In this document: positions 55,330 to 63,787 of the stretch, one piece after another
How the letters are laid out: each line of letters starts with the position of its first letter
How positions within the stretch are numbered: the first letter of the stretch is position 1
Source of the DNA: an uncultured Bifidobacteriaceae bacterium
GTDB lineage: Bacteria > Actinomycetota > Acidimicrobiia > IMCC26256 > PALSA-555
Direction: 5' to 3'
Assembly (NCBI GenBank): GCA_964501785.1
Contig: CAZCUD010000010.1
Location: forward strand, 66,088 to 130,087
Length of the DNA stretch: 64,000 nucleotides
Program-made: the position numbers and the translations under genes
Notes under the pieces: model-generated
What the model was told of the DNA's origin: nothing
Databases searched by the model: none
What the model saw: the letters and a program-made list of their open reading frames with translations, nothing else

Positions 55330-55363
55330 GCCGGCACGCCGTTCGGGTTCGAGAGGACATGCG

Positions 55364-55513
55364 ATGGCACGAGAAGCGCAGGCCGCCACGCCACCGAGAG
55401 GTGCGATGCCCCGCTGGGTGAAGGTGCTCGGAGTCGTCGCGCTCGTCGTGATCGTCATCGTCGTCGTGATGCTGCTCGTCGGCGGCGATCACGGGCCCGG
55501 ACGGCACACGTGA
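55364..55513 (+). CDS. Small membrane protein (one TM helix, C-terminal GDHGPGRH)
   Basis: In-frame ATG at 55364 after GAGAGGA. VKVLGVVALVVIVIVVVMLLVGG. Its stop overlaps the next gene's possible GTG. Confidence 0.45.
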   Translation: MAREAQAATPPRGAMPRWVKVLGVVALVVIVIVVVMLLVGGDHGPGRHT

Positions 55514-55515
55514 CG

Positions 55516-56025
55516 ATGAGCCCCGGTGTTCGGAAGGCGGCCCTCTGCGTGCACGTGATGACGAGCGTCGGGTGGATGGGCGCAGTGGGGGTCTTCTTGT
55601 CCTTGGCGATTGCAGGACTGGGGAGCGACGATCACGCGACGGTTCGGAGCTCGTACGTAGCGATGGACACGGCGACGAGGTACGTCATCGTCCCCCTCGC
55701 GATCGCCGCTGTGGTGACCGGAGTCGTGCAATCCCTCGGGACGACCTGGGGGTTGGTCCGCCACTATTGGGTGGTCCTGAAGCTCGTCATCAGCGTCCTC
55801 GCGGCGGTCGTGTTGTTGCTCCAGGTCTCGACGATCAGCCGGCTCGCGGATTCGGCCCGCGGGCGACTCGGTGCGGAGCAGCTACAGGGCGACCGGGCAT
55901 CGATGGTGCTGCACGCGGGGGTCGGCCTCGTCGTGCTCACGGTGCCGATGGCACTGTCGATCTTCAAGCCCCGAGGAGTGACGCCGCTCGGGCGCAAGAA
56001 GGAGCCGGTCGCAGCAGCGGTCTGA
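55516..56025 (+). CDS. Integral membrane protein (about 4 TM helices)
   Basis: ATG at 55516 (or GTG 55510 overlapping the upstream stop). Helices VGWMGAVGVFLSLAIAGL, YVIVPLAIAAVVTGVV, VVLKLVISVLAAVVLLL, LHAGVGLVVLTVPMALSIF. Confidence 0.6.
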   Translation: MSPGVRKAALCVHVMTSVGWMGAVGVFLSLAIAGLGSDDHATVRSSYVAMDTATRYVIVPLAIAAVVTGVVQSLGTTWGLVRHYWVVLKLVISVLAAVVLLLQVSTISRLADSARGRLGAEQLQGDRASMVLHAGVGLVVLTVPMALSIFKPRGVTPLGRKKEPVAAAV

Positions 56026-56076
56026 GCGTCGCGCGGGCCTGACCTGCAGTTCTGACGTGCCCAGTCGGCGCCGGTC

Positions 56077-56910
56077 TCAGCTTCTCGTCCAGCGTCTGGG
56101 GTCTGCGTCGTACTTCTCGACGCAGATCTGTGAGCAGAAGTAGAGCGTGCGGCCCGCGTCGTCTCGCGTTGCAGAGGCCCGGTCCTTGATGATCTCCATC
56201 CCACAGACCGGGTCGATCGCCGTGGCGAACGCGGAGGGGCGATCGCGCAGCTCGCCATCGGCAAGCCAGAGGAGACGGTCCGCCGCATCGGTGATGCGGT
56301 GATCGTGCGTGACGACGATCGCAGTCTTCGCGGTCTGTTCGACGATGTTCTGCAGGAGGTGCAGGACCTGGTAGCCGGATGCGGCGTCCAGGTTCGCGGT
56401 CGGCTCGTCCGCCAGGATCAGCTCCGGATCGTTCATGAGCGCGCGGGCGATGGCGACCCGCTGCTTCTCTCCTCCGGAGAGCTGGTCGGGTCGGTGATGC
56501 GCCCGCGAGCTGAGCGCGAACTGCTCGAGGAGCTCGTGTGCGCGGCGCCGCCGATCGTGGCGGTCGATGCCGGCAAGTGTCGCGGGGGCGGCAACGTTGT
56601 CGAGCGCGTCGAGCGCCCCGAGGAGGTTGAAGCTCTGGAAGATGAAGCCGATGTGGTGGAGCCGGAGCTGGGCGAGCTGCGTGCGAGTGTGGTTCGCGAG
56701 GTTGCGGCCGGAGACGCTGATCGTCCCGCTGGTCGGCGTGAGCAATGCCCCGATGAGCTGGAGGAGGGTGGTCTTCCCGGATCCCGAGGGACCCATGATG
56801 ATTACCAGCTCGCCGCGAGCGACCTCGAGGTTGACCGCATCGACCGCGGTGACGGTCGACCCGCCAGCGTGAAACTCCTTGGTCACGTCGACGAGACCGA
56901 GGACGCTCAC
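56077..56910 (-). CDS. ABC transporter ATP-binding protein (MacB/LolD-like) with a C-terminal YHS/TRASH-type metal-binding domain
   Basis: The GTG at 56910 overlaps the permease stop (GTGA). Walker [10 protein letters not shown], signature LSGGEKQR, Walker B LILADEP. Tail [12 protein letters not shown]...[11 protein letters not shown]. Confidence 0.85.
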   Translation of the reverse strand: MSVLGLVDVTKEFHAGGSTVTAVDAVNLEVARGELVIIMGPSGSGKTTLLQLIGALLTPTSGTISVSGRNLANHTRTQLAQLRLHHIGFIFQSFNLLGALDALDNVAAPATLAGIDRHDRRRRAHELLEQFALSSRAHHRPDQLSGGEKQRVAIARALMNDPELILADEPTANLDAASGYQVLHLLQNIVEQTAKTAIVVTHDHRITDAADRLLWLADGELRDRPSAFATAIDPVCGMEIIKDRASATRDDAGRTLYFCSQICVEKYDADPRRWTRS

Positions 56911-58013
56911 GCTGCGAACACCTCGCCGGGATCGATGCGAGTGATCCGCAACAGTGGCAAGAGCGCGGCGACGAGCGCCATCACCGCGGTGAGCGCAGCG
57001 ACGAGCGCGAGGTCTGCGATCCGGATCTCGGTGATGAACTGCGGAACCCACCGCTGCGAGACGGCGCGCCATGCGAGCGCGAGCACGAGCCCGACGATGA
57101 ATCCGGCTGCCGCGGCGAGCAGCGCCTGGGTGGCGATCACCACGACGAGCTGCCGCGCTCTTGCTCCGAGCGCCTTCAGCATGCCGTACTCACGCCGTCG
57201 TTCGACGACGCTCGAGTAGATGACCAGGCCCACGACCGCGACGCCGACCACGAACGCGAGGACGAGGAGCACTCGCACGACCGGCAGGAACCCGGCGTTG
57301 ATCGGTCGCTGGTTGACCTCGATGAGCTCGCCGGGATCCCGCACCTGCACGCGCGCATCGGCGCCGAGGGCCGCGCGGACCCCACGAGGATCGGCCCCGG
57401 GCTCGAGACGAACGAGCGCTGCGTTGTCGAAGTCCTTCAGGCCGAGCACCGCACGCGCGGTCGCCTCGGTCGCGAAGGCGTACTGGAACATCACCAGGTC
57501 TCCGCCACGCGCGATCCCTTCCACGCTGAGATCCTGCATCCCGACCGTCATGTGGTCGCCGATGGAGAGGTCGTGCTCGCGGGCGAAGACCTCGTCGATG
57601 ATCAGGCCGCGCGGGCCGACCTCGGCGGTTCCTTCGACGACTTCGCTCGGTCCGACGACCGGATCCTCCGGATCGAATCCGACCAGGTACACGACCGCGT
57701 CGGTGTCGTCGACCTGGGCCACGACCAGACGAGCGACGTAGGGCCGAACCGAGGCGACTCCGGGTGCTCGCTCCAGTTCCGAGCGCACCTCGAAGGGCAG
57801 GAGCGAGAAGGAGTGGAAGAAGTCAGCGGTGCCCGACTCGAGCACCCAGAGATCCGCCCGAATCGACCCGAAGAAGTCCGAGACGCGGGTCTGATATGCG
57901 ACGAACAGACCACGGATGAGGATGATCATCGCGACCGCGAACGCCACTCCACCCACGGAGATCGCGAGGCGGACCCGCTCTCGAAGGAGGTTGCGCAACG
58001 CGAGACTGACCAC
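56907..58013 (-). CDS. ABC transporter permease, FtsX/MacB-like
   Basis: N-terminal TM, a large extracytoplasmic loop, and a C-terminal 3-TM FtsX-like block (LKALGARARQLVVVIATQALL...). Confidence 0.8.
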   Translation of the reverse strand: MVSLALRNLLRERVRLAISVGGVAFAVAMIILIRGLFVAYQTRVSDFFGSIRADLWVLESGTADFFHSFSLLPFEVRSELERAPGVASVRPYVARLVVAQVDDTDAVVYLVGFDPEDPVVGPSEVVEGTAEVGPRGLIIDEVFAREHDLSIGDHMTVGMQDLSVEGIARGGDLVMFQYAFATEATARAVLGLKDFDNAALVRLEPGADPRGVRAALGADARVQVRDPGELIEVNQRPINAGFLPVVRVLLVLAFVVGVAVVGLVIYSSVVERRREYGMLKALGARARQLVVVIATQALLAAAAGFIVGLVLALAWRAVSQRWVPQFITEIRIADLALVAALTAVMALVAALLPLLRITRIDPGEVFAA

Positions 58014-58109
58014 GCGACTCCCCTGTCCCGACGTCTCGGCAGTCTACGACGTCTTGTAGTGCAACCGGCGCTGCTCATGCACGAACGTCTGTGCAAGGAG
58101 GCGCCCCCG

Positions 58110-58271
58110 GTGGCTCACTCGCGGCTCGCTCGACTCGCGATGTACGTTCCGCTGCTCGTCGCGGGACTCACGGTGACGCTGCTCGTCGCGGGGTGGTTCA
58201 GTGATGCGCATCACGCGTTCGCACTCGGGGGACCGTGTGCGCACTTGCGCCGGCTCGGAATCGGGTCATGA
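58110..58271 (+). CDS. Possible small membrane peptide with a His/Cys tail
   Basis: AAGGAGG (58095-58101) lies 8 nt before GTG 58110. 53 aa. TM MYVPLLVAGLTVTLLVAGWF, then SDAHHAFALGGPCAH. Unsupported by homology. Confidence 0.3.
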   Translation: MAHSRLARLAMYVPLLVAGLTVTLLVAGWFSDAHHAFALGGPCAHLRRLGIGS

Positions 58272-58367
58272 GAGCAGGTTGCGGGCACCGCTGCTCGACG
58301 ACCGACAGACCTGACCCCATCGCGAGGTGCCCCTTGTGAATTCGGCGTCGACAACGGAAAGGACCTA

Positions 58368-58389
58368 ACTACGACAGGTTTGTCGTGGT
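58368..58389. promoter_or_regulatory. Palindromic motif ACTACGACA-GGTT-TGTCGTGGT
   Basis: Upstream of the DUF305 gene. Same half-site as 62845-62865 and 62947-62967. Confidence 0.5.
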
Positions 58390-58560
58390 CCAGGGTCGAA
58401 GTTCCGTCTCCGGGCAACCATGTGACCCACGTAGCCACGCCTTCCGGCTAGGCGTTTCCGTCGTTGCCACCCGGGTATTCGTCTTCGATACGAGGCGACG
58501 CTCTTGGATCCCGCGCTTAGCACGTCGCCCGTGTTGCGAAGCAGAAGGAAGGTCACCCAA

Positions 58561-59073
58561 GTGAACGGCTCATACCTGAGATTCGGGGCCATGGTCACCA
58601 CGTCGACCGTCGTGATGTTCGGGCTGACGTACACCAACGTCTTCGCGATCGATCACGTGTGGTGGAGCGAGGAGCGCTTCTACATGGCTCTCGTCATGGG
58701 CGGAGCCATGGCGATCGTCATGATCGCCTTCATGTGGCACATGTACGCCAATGTCTGGATCAATGCCGTAGTCATCGCATTGGGTCTCGTTTTCCTCGGG
58801 GCCGGGCTCGGGCTATCGCGTTCACAGGTCTTTGTCGGTGACGCCGACTACATGAAGGGGATGATCCCGCATCACTCGATTGCGATCCTGACGAGTGAGC
58901 GCGCGGACATCGACGACGTGCGGGTACGCACGCTGGCTGATGAGATCATTCGCGCGCAACGACGCGAGATCGCCGAGATGGAGTGGTTGGTCGACGACAT
59001 CGCGCGCAACGGCGAGGCCACAACTCGTGAGGCCGCCGAGCGACGCCCCGTCCCCGACGATCTCGGGCCTTAG
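58561..59073 (+). CDS. DUF305 family membrane protein (metal/copper-stress associated family)
   Basis: GTG at 58561 lies 8 nt after GAAGGAAGG. Three TM helices, then MIPHHSIAILTSE...ADEIIRAQRREIAEMEW (DUF305 HH motif). Confidence 0.75.
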   Translation: MNGSYLRFGAMVTTSTVVMFGLTYTNVFAIDHVWWSEERFYMALVMGGAMAIVMIAFMWHMYANVWINAVVIALGLVFLGAGLGLSRSQVFVGDADYMKGMIPHHSIAILTSERADIDDVRVRTLADEIIRAQRREIAEMEWLVDDIARNGEATTREAAERRPVPDDLGP

Positions 59074-59440
59074 ATCGCGATGCGGCTCACTCGCACTGGC
59101 TCCGATGCCAACTACAAGAGCTCGAGCCCGGGTGGCGAGCCACGTGCCTTGACGCCCGCCGCAGAAGGCGTGCGTCGGAGCACCGACGCCGCAGTTGAGC
59201 GTCTACGTGACGGGCACGGCGGATGTGTCGTAAGCGCCGGTCGCCAGCGGGTGCGAGCGGCGCCGTCGCGATCAAGGCCGACGTGGGTTGCCGTGACCGA
59301 CGTGACGCGTCGGGGTGGACTTCGGGCGTCGGTTTCGCGCGTCCCTACCGCCGTCCCTACTACTGGACGACACCAGATGGACGAGCGACACGCCAGCGCG
59401 TCGTGTGACGACCGTCTTACCTGCGCAAACGTGCTGACTC

Positions 59441-59611
59441 GGCGCCCCCGGCAGGATTCGAACCTGCGACGCACGGTTTAGGAAGACACTCCCGACCGTC
59501 CAGCCAGACTACTCACGTCCAGCGGGTGTTGTGCTGTAAGGACTCTACGTCCATCGCGTCCAGCCAGTGACACGGCGTGCGCTGGAGAAGTAGGGATGGC
59601 AGTAGGGACGA
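59441..59611 (-). repeat. 171-nt direct repeat, copy 2
   Basis: 52 nt are identical and there are 15 mismatches in the remaining 119 nt versus 46816-46986 (hand alignment). GTAGGGA occurs at 59590, 59602 and 59615. Confidence 0.75.
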
Positions 59612-59879
59612 TCGGTAGGGACGCGACCGGACTTGGGCGCCATGAATGGCGTCCGATTCGACATGCGACGAAGAACACTGCGGCGGCAACCTCCTGCGCA
59701 GCCGTAGCCGCCGTAGTTGCCTGTCTTGCCAGGATCATCGCCGACTCAGAACATCCTCCTTGGGAGTCGAGGCGACGGAACGTCTCGAGGTCGAAGTCCC
59801 TGAGATGTTCACGGCAACATTTCGGCGTCGACAACCCCCAGTGGCGACGCGCGCCGACGGGCGATCGCTCGCGATGTCG

Positions 59880-60650
59880 CTACCTCGCGATCGCCCCTCG
59901 GGGCCGTTGCAGGGAGCGACTGAGGATGCTGACGACTGCGACGCTCACGATTGCCGCCCAGGCGAGGGCGCCGAGCAGCTCGATGACAGGAACAGGGTTG
60001 TGGTGCGCGAAGGAGGCCGCGATCACCACGCGCATGCCCGGGTAGCCCGGAAGCGTGACCGCCCAATCAGGCGGGCGGCCGCTTCCGAACATCGGGTTCT
60101 GGACGACGCCCAGGTCGATCATCGCGAGGAACAGGACCAAGTATGTGGCGCCTACCCGCCCGAGGAGCGAACCGGCGAGCGCTCCTATACCGGCATAGGT
60201 GATTCCGATCAGTGCGGTTGCGATGGCGAATCCGACGAAGCTTCGCGGAGTGAAGTCGCGTGCTGTCACGAGCAGCGACAGGGCAGTGATGACGCCGGTC
60301 GCCGTCAGAAGGACGACAAGGCGCGAAGTCACGGCTTCGAGACCACGGTATCCAGCGAGCACGAGGCGACGGTCGGCTTGCTTCGCCGATTGCATGATGA
60401 AGACCCCGACGAGCCCGCTGAGGAACGCAACGGTGATCGCCGCCATGGTCGCGCCATGGACCTCCCGCATCGTGCTCAGTGCGATGCCTCCCCCGGGCAG
60501 ACCGACAGCGCGCGGGATAGGTCGAGTGGCGGCGATGGCACGCGTGATGAAGAAGATGGGGGTGACGACCAGCAGGATCACGAGCAGTGGCCGACGTCGA
60601 AGGTCACGCAGCCACAGTCGGGTCGCCGCCCAGGTGCGGTCGAGTCTCAC
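59880..60650 (-). CDS. ABC-2 type transporter permease-like membrane protein
   Basis: The GTG at 60650 overlaps the upstream stop (GTGA). Six hydrophobic helices. Last gene of the ATPase-permease-permease operon. Confidence 0.6.
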   Translation of the reverse strand: MRLDRTWAATRLWLRDLRRRPLLVILLVVTPIFFITRAIAATRPIPRAVGLPGGGIALSTMREVHGATMAAITVAFLSGLVGVFIMQSAKQADRRLVLAGYRGLEAVTSRLVVLLTATGVITALSLLVTARDFTPRSFVGFAIATALIGITYAGIGALAGSLLGRVGATYLVLFLAMIDLGVVQNPMFGSGRPPDWAVTLPGYPGMRVVIAASFAHHNPVPVIELLGALAWAAIVSVAVVSILSRSLQRPRGAIAR

Positions 60651-61366
60651 CTTCGGGTCCTCGCCGCGTACCAGAACGCGCCCAAAGCGACGCCGAGTGC
60701 GACGACGACGCTGATCGCCGCGCCCGTCCACGTTCGATCTGCGGAAGCCATCCCGCCGCCGGCCGCAAGGAGAAGCTCACCGGCCTTCTGACTCGGTGAC
60801 AAGAGCGTCGCGACGCCAGTCGTCCCCTTCGACATGCCGGGTCCGGAGAACACGTCGAGGAGAAGGATGAACACCACTAGGAGTGACCCGGCGAGCGCGT
60901 CGCGGACCACGGAACCGACAGCGGTGCCAATGGCCAGGTAGATGCAGGCATAGGCGAGCATGGCCAGCACCGTGTGGGCGACATGCGGTACCGGCTGCTG
61001 GAGGCGTAGCGCGAGGAACGCGGCTGCTGTCACTGTTCCAGCCAGCCCCAATGCACTCATGAGGCGCGCGACCGCAATGCGGCCCGGTCCGAGACCAGCG
61101 AGCGCGAGCCGCTGGTCAGCCTCGTGCGACGACATCGTGACGAAGTACCCGAGGGCACCGGCCAGGAATGCGACTGACCATCCTGCGGCGAGGGCTGTCG
61201 CTGGGCCGCCGGTTGCGGAACCTCCTAGCGCGCGCGAGAAGTCGCTGAGCACCGAGGATGCCGTAACGACGAACAGCAGCGGCAGTACGACGAGAAGGGT
61301 GAGTAGCAAGGGTGAACGCATCTGTTCGCGCAGGAAGTACCAGCCGGTCGTCACGACACCTCTCAT
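60647..61366 (-). CDS. ABC-2 type transporter permease-like membrane protein
   Basis: The ATG at 61366 overlaps the ATPase stop (ATGA); the alternative ATG is at 61378. Multiple TM helices. Confidence 0.6.
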   Translation of the reverse strand: MRGVVTTGWYFLREQMRSPLLLTLLVVLPLLFVVTASSVLSDFSRALGGSATGGPATALAAGWSVAFLAGALGYFVTMSSHEADQRLALAGLGPGRIAVARLMSALGLAGTVTAAAFLALRLQQPVPHVAHTVLAMLAYACIYLAIGTAVGSVVRDALAGSLLVVFILLLDVFSGPGMSKGTTGVATLLSPSQKAGELLLAAGGGMASADRTWTGAAISVVVALGVALGAFWYAARTRR

Positions 61367-62037
61367 GAAGGAACGCATCGGCCATCAACCAGCGAGTAGC
61401 TGCGCGTCAGACGTTCCCGCTCGCCGATCAGGTGCGACACGATCAGGATGGCCATGCCGGCCGCGCGGCGATGTTCGGCCATTCCCCAGAAGCTGAGGTA
61501 CGTCTCCCAATCGAACCCGGTATAGGGCTCGTCGAGGAGCAGGAGATCCGGCTCGTGCAGGAGCGCCAAGGCGAGGTTGAGCTTCTGACGCGTCCCTCCC
61601 GAGAGTGCCTCGACGCGAAAGTCGAGATAGCGCGCGAAGGCGAGCTCGTCGAGCAGTCGAGCGGTGCTGGCGGCCGCGCGGTCCGGATCCATCCCATACG
61701 CGCGTGCGAAGAGGCCGATGTGCTCCGCGACGGTCAACTTCTCCCAGAGCTGTGGCATCTGCGGGCAATAGCCGAGCGTGCCGCGCAGCTCGACGGTCCC
61801 ACTCGTGGGAGCAAGCATTCCGACGATGATCTGCATCAAGGTGCTCTTCCCCGACCCGTTCTCACCGACGAGTCCGACAAGCTCCCCGCGTGCCAGCTCC
61901 AGACTCGCGCCCTTCAAGACCGATGCGACAGCACCGAACGGCCAGGTGCCGATGTGAAACGACTTCGTCACCTCGGTCACAGACAGCACGAAATCTCGGT
62001 CAATCGACGCTGCTTCAACCACGCCGAGCCCCGGCAC
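61363..62037 (-). CDS. ABC transporter ATP-binding protein
   Basis: Walker A GENGSGKST, signature LSGGTRQK, Walker B LLLLDEP. Confidence 0.85.
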   Translation of the reverse strand: MPGLGVVEAASIDRDFVLSVTEVTKSFHIGTWPFGAVASVLKGASLELARGELVGLVGENGSGKSTLMQIIVGMLAPTSGTVELRGTLGYCPQMPQLWEKLTVAEHIGLFARAYGMDPDRAAASTARLLDELAFARYLDFRVEALSGGTRQKLNLALALLHEPDLLLLDEPYTGFDWETYLSFWGMAEHRRAAGMAILIVSHLIGERERLTRSYSLVDGRCVPS

Positions 62038-62419
62038 AGCCCGACTCGCCGACCACGATCGTCCACTCGGTCACATCGACTCGCGATCATCGACCGTGAG
62101 TGGGTCAGCAGAGACGTCGTCACGTCCTCGACCACCGTTCATGAGCATCATGCTCAGGCAGCGCGCCATCATTCCGACGAAGAACGGTGCGTGCGTCAGT
62201 CGGGATGCGATCAGAAGCAGCGCCGCGATGATGGCGATGGATGCACCGACGTGGAATCTGAGCATGTTGCGTGCGTTCACTGCACCGCCCTCTCACGTGT
62301 CGGAGTCAGTGATTCGGCGCCGATGGCGCGGAGCGGAGGCGAGAACTTCGACACCGAATTCCTTGCCGCGAAGTCGCGACGGTGGAGAGGACTCGGGACG
62401 GCCCTTGCGACGTGTGGGC

Positions 62420-62797
62420 CTAACCGCCGTCGTGGCCGCCCGGCCCTTGGTGGCCACCGCCGGACTGGTGCATCCCGGGCATCTCGCTCATCGACGCACC
62501 ATGCTCGTCCATGAGCTTCTGCAACTTGCCGCTCTCCATGAGCTGCCACATCGCGTCGGAATCCATTTGCTGTCGCATCTCCGGAGTCATCGACTCCCGA
62601 AGCTGGGTCATCATCGAGGTGAAGTCGTTCATCATCTCGGGCATGGAACCGTCGGCCATCATCACCGCCATGCGGTCACTGCCCAGGCCGTGCTGATCGT
62701 CAGCCCCGTGGCCGTCATCACCAACGGCATATCCCACGCCGAAGACGGCGGCGGCCACCACGACCGCACCGAGGATCAGCATCCAGCGACGTTTCAT
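62420..62797 (-). CDS. Secreted Met/His-rich protein (candidate Cu(I)-binding)
   Basis: ATG at 62797 after GAAGGAG. Signal MKRRWMLILGAVVVAAAVFG. The mature part is full of M-x2-3-M motifs and ends HQSGGGHQGPGGHDGG. Confidence 0.6.
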   Translation of the reverse strand: MKRRWMLILGAVVVAAAVFGVGYAVGDDGHGADDQHGLGSDRMAVMMADGSMPEMMNDFTSMMTQLRESMTPEMRQQMDSDAMWQLMESGKLQKLMDEHGASMSEMPGMHQSGGGHQGPGGHDGG

Positions 62798-62844
62798 CGA
62801 GAACTCCTTCAATCGGGCCCGCTACGGGGCGCCCGAAGAACATA

Positions 62845-62865
62845 ACTACGACATGCTGTCGTTGG
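62845..62865. promoter_or_regulatory. Palindromic motif ACTACGACA-TGC-TGTCGTTGG
   Basis: 48 nt upstream of the Met/His-rich gene start, in the divergent intergenic region. Confidence 0.5.
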
Positions 62866-62946
62866 CAGGGGCGAAGGTCCTTGCCCGTGCGAATGCGTGT
62901 AGCGGCGAGCCCAGCCTCTGGCAGGGCGGAAGTTGGGCCTATAGGC

Positions 62947-62967
62947 ACTACGACAGCAAGTCGTAGT
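62947..62967. promoter_or_regulatory. Palindromic motif ACTACGACA-GCA-AGTCGTAGT
   Basis: 17 nt upstream of the USP ATG. 8-bp perfect arms ACTACGAC/GTCGTAGT. Confidence 0.5.
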
Positions 62968-62983
62968 TACGGCATGATGCTGA

Positions 62984-63517
62984 ATGAGTGGTTCTCACGC
63001 CTGGAGCGAACCTATGGACGCACCGCGCAAGAGCCAAGAGATCGTCGTGGGGGTCGACGGCTCCGCAAACGGCCGGGCGGCGCTGCGTTGGTCGGTCTCC
63101 CATGCGCAAGGCGGCGACACGATTCACCTGATCCATGCCTGGTCGGTGTCGCCAGCTGTCGTCGAGGCCGGCCTCGCGAGCGCCGATGATGACTCTAAAG
63201 CGCTCGCGTTCCTTCGTCATGAGGCCGCCCGAGCGCACGAGCTTGGTCTGGCACCCGATGTGCAGATCACGACGAAGGCGGTCCTGGGAGACCCACGAGT
63301 CGCACTCATTGACGCCGCTCGTGGAGCAGACCTCCTCGTGATCGGCGCACGCGGGCGCAGCGGGATTGCTGGCCTGCTCATGGGGTCCGCGAGCACGTAC
63401 TTGACTCGTCATGCTCCCTGCCCGACTGTCGTCGTCCCGTGGCCAGGTGTCGACCATCCGGACGCTGACGAATCGGGCCAGGTGGACTTCGATCGGACCG
63501 AGGTGCCCGACCTGTGA
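62984..63517 (+). CDS. Universal stress protein (UspA family)
   Basis: IVVGVDGSANGRAALRW ... LLVIGARGRSGIAGLLMGSASTYLTRHAPCPTVVVP. Confidence 0.85.
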   Translation: MSGSHAWSEPMDAPRKSQEIVVGVDGSANGRAALRWSVSHAQGGDTIHLIHAWSVSPAVVEAGLASADDDSKALAFLRHEAARAHELGLAPDVQITTKAVLGDPRVALIDAARGADLLVIGARGRSGIAGLLMGSASTYLTRHAPCPTVVVPWPGVDHPDADESGQVDFDRTEVPDL

Positions 63518-63787
63518 CGGCGTCGACTAGGAGCGCGAACGGCTAGTTCGTCCCGCGCCGGCAGCGGGAGGAGAAGGATCGGCTGCACTTCGAGTGCCCT
63601 TGCTCTGGTGTCGCGCGCTTGCCTCCTGTCCAGGTCCGTCCTGTGAGTGTGTTCGGCTGGGTCTGCGGTCGACGCGGTTACGATTGTGCCCGTGAGCGGC
63701 GCGTCGCGCAGGCGGGGATCGTCACCTCGGTCAGCTCTGGCTGTCGCAACTGGTAGTCGGATTCGGGCGATCGTGGCTGCGCTGCTC

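Larger units (their letters stand above)
46816..59611. mobile_element. Putative integrase-less integrated island (CIME-like) bracketed by 171-nt direct repeats
   Basis: Same-orientation repeats lie 12625 bp apart. The cargo is accessory-type (sulfur/metal stress genes, regulators, NlpC/P60). No recombinase ORF was recognised. Confidence 0.4.

Noticed and set aside
59590-59621. GTAGGGA repeats considered as a CRISPR-like or iteron array
   Set aside because: There are only three 7-nt units at 12-13 bp spacing inside the att-like repeat. They are far too short and few for CRISPR, and are better explained as recombinase arm-type sites (still unproven).
59612-59879. 118-aa minus-strand ORF 59478..59834 and neighbouring small ORFs next to repeat copy 2, examined as possible integrase/excisionase remnants
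   Set aside because: No recombinase or HTH motifs were found and the composition is unconvincing. The region was left as non-coding island-end DNA.
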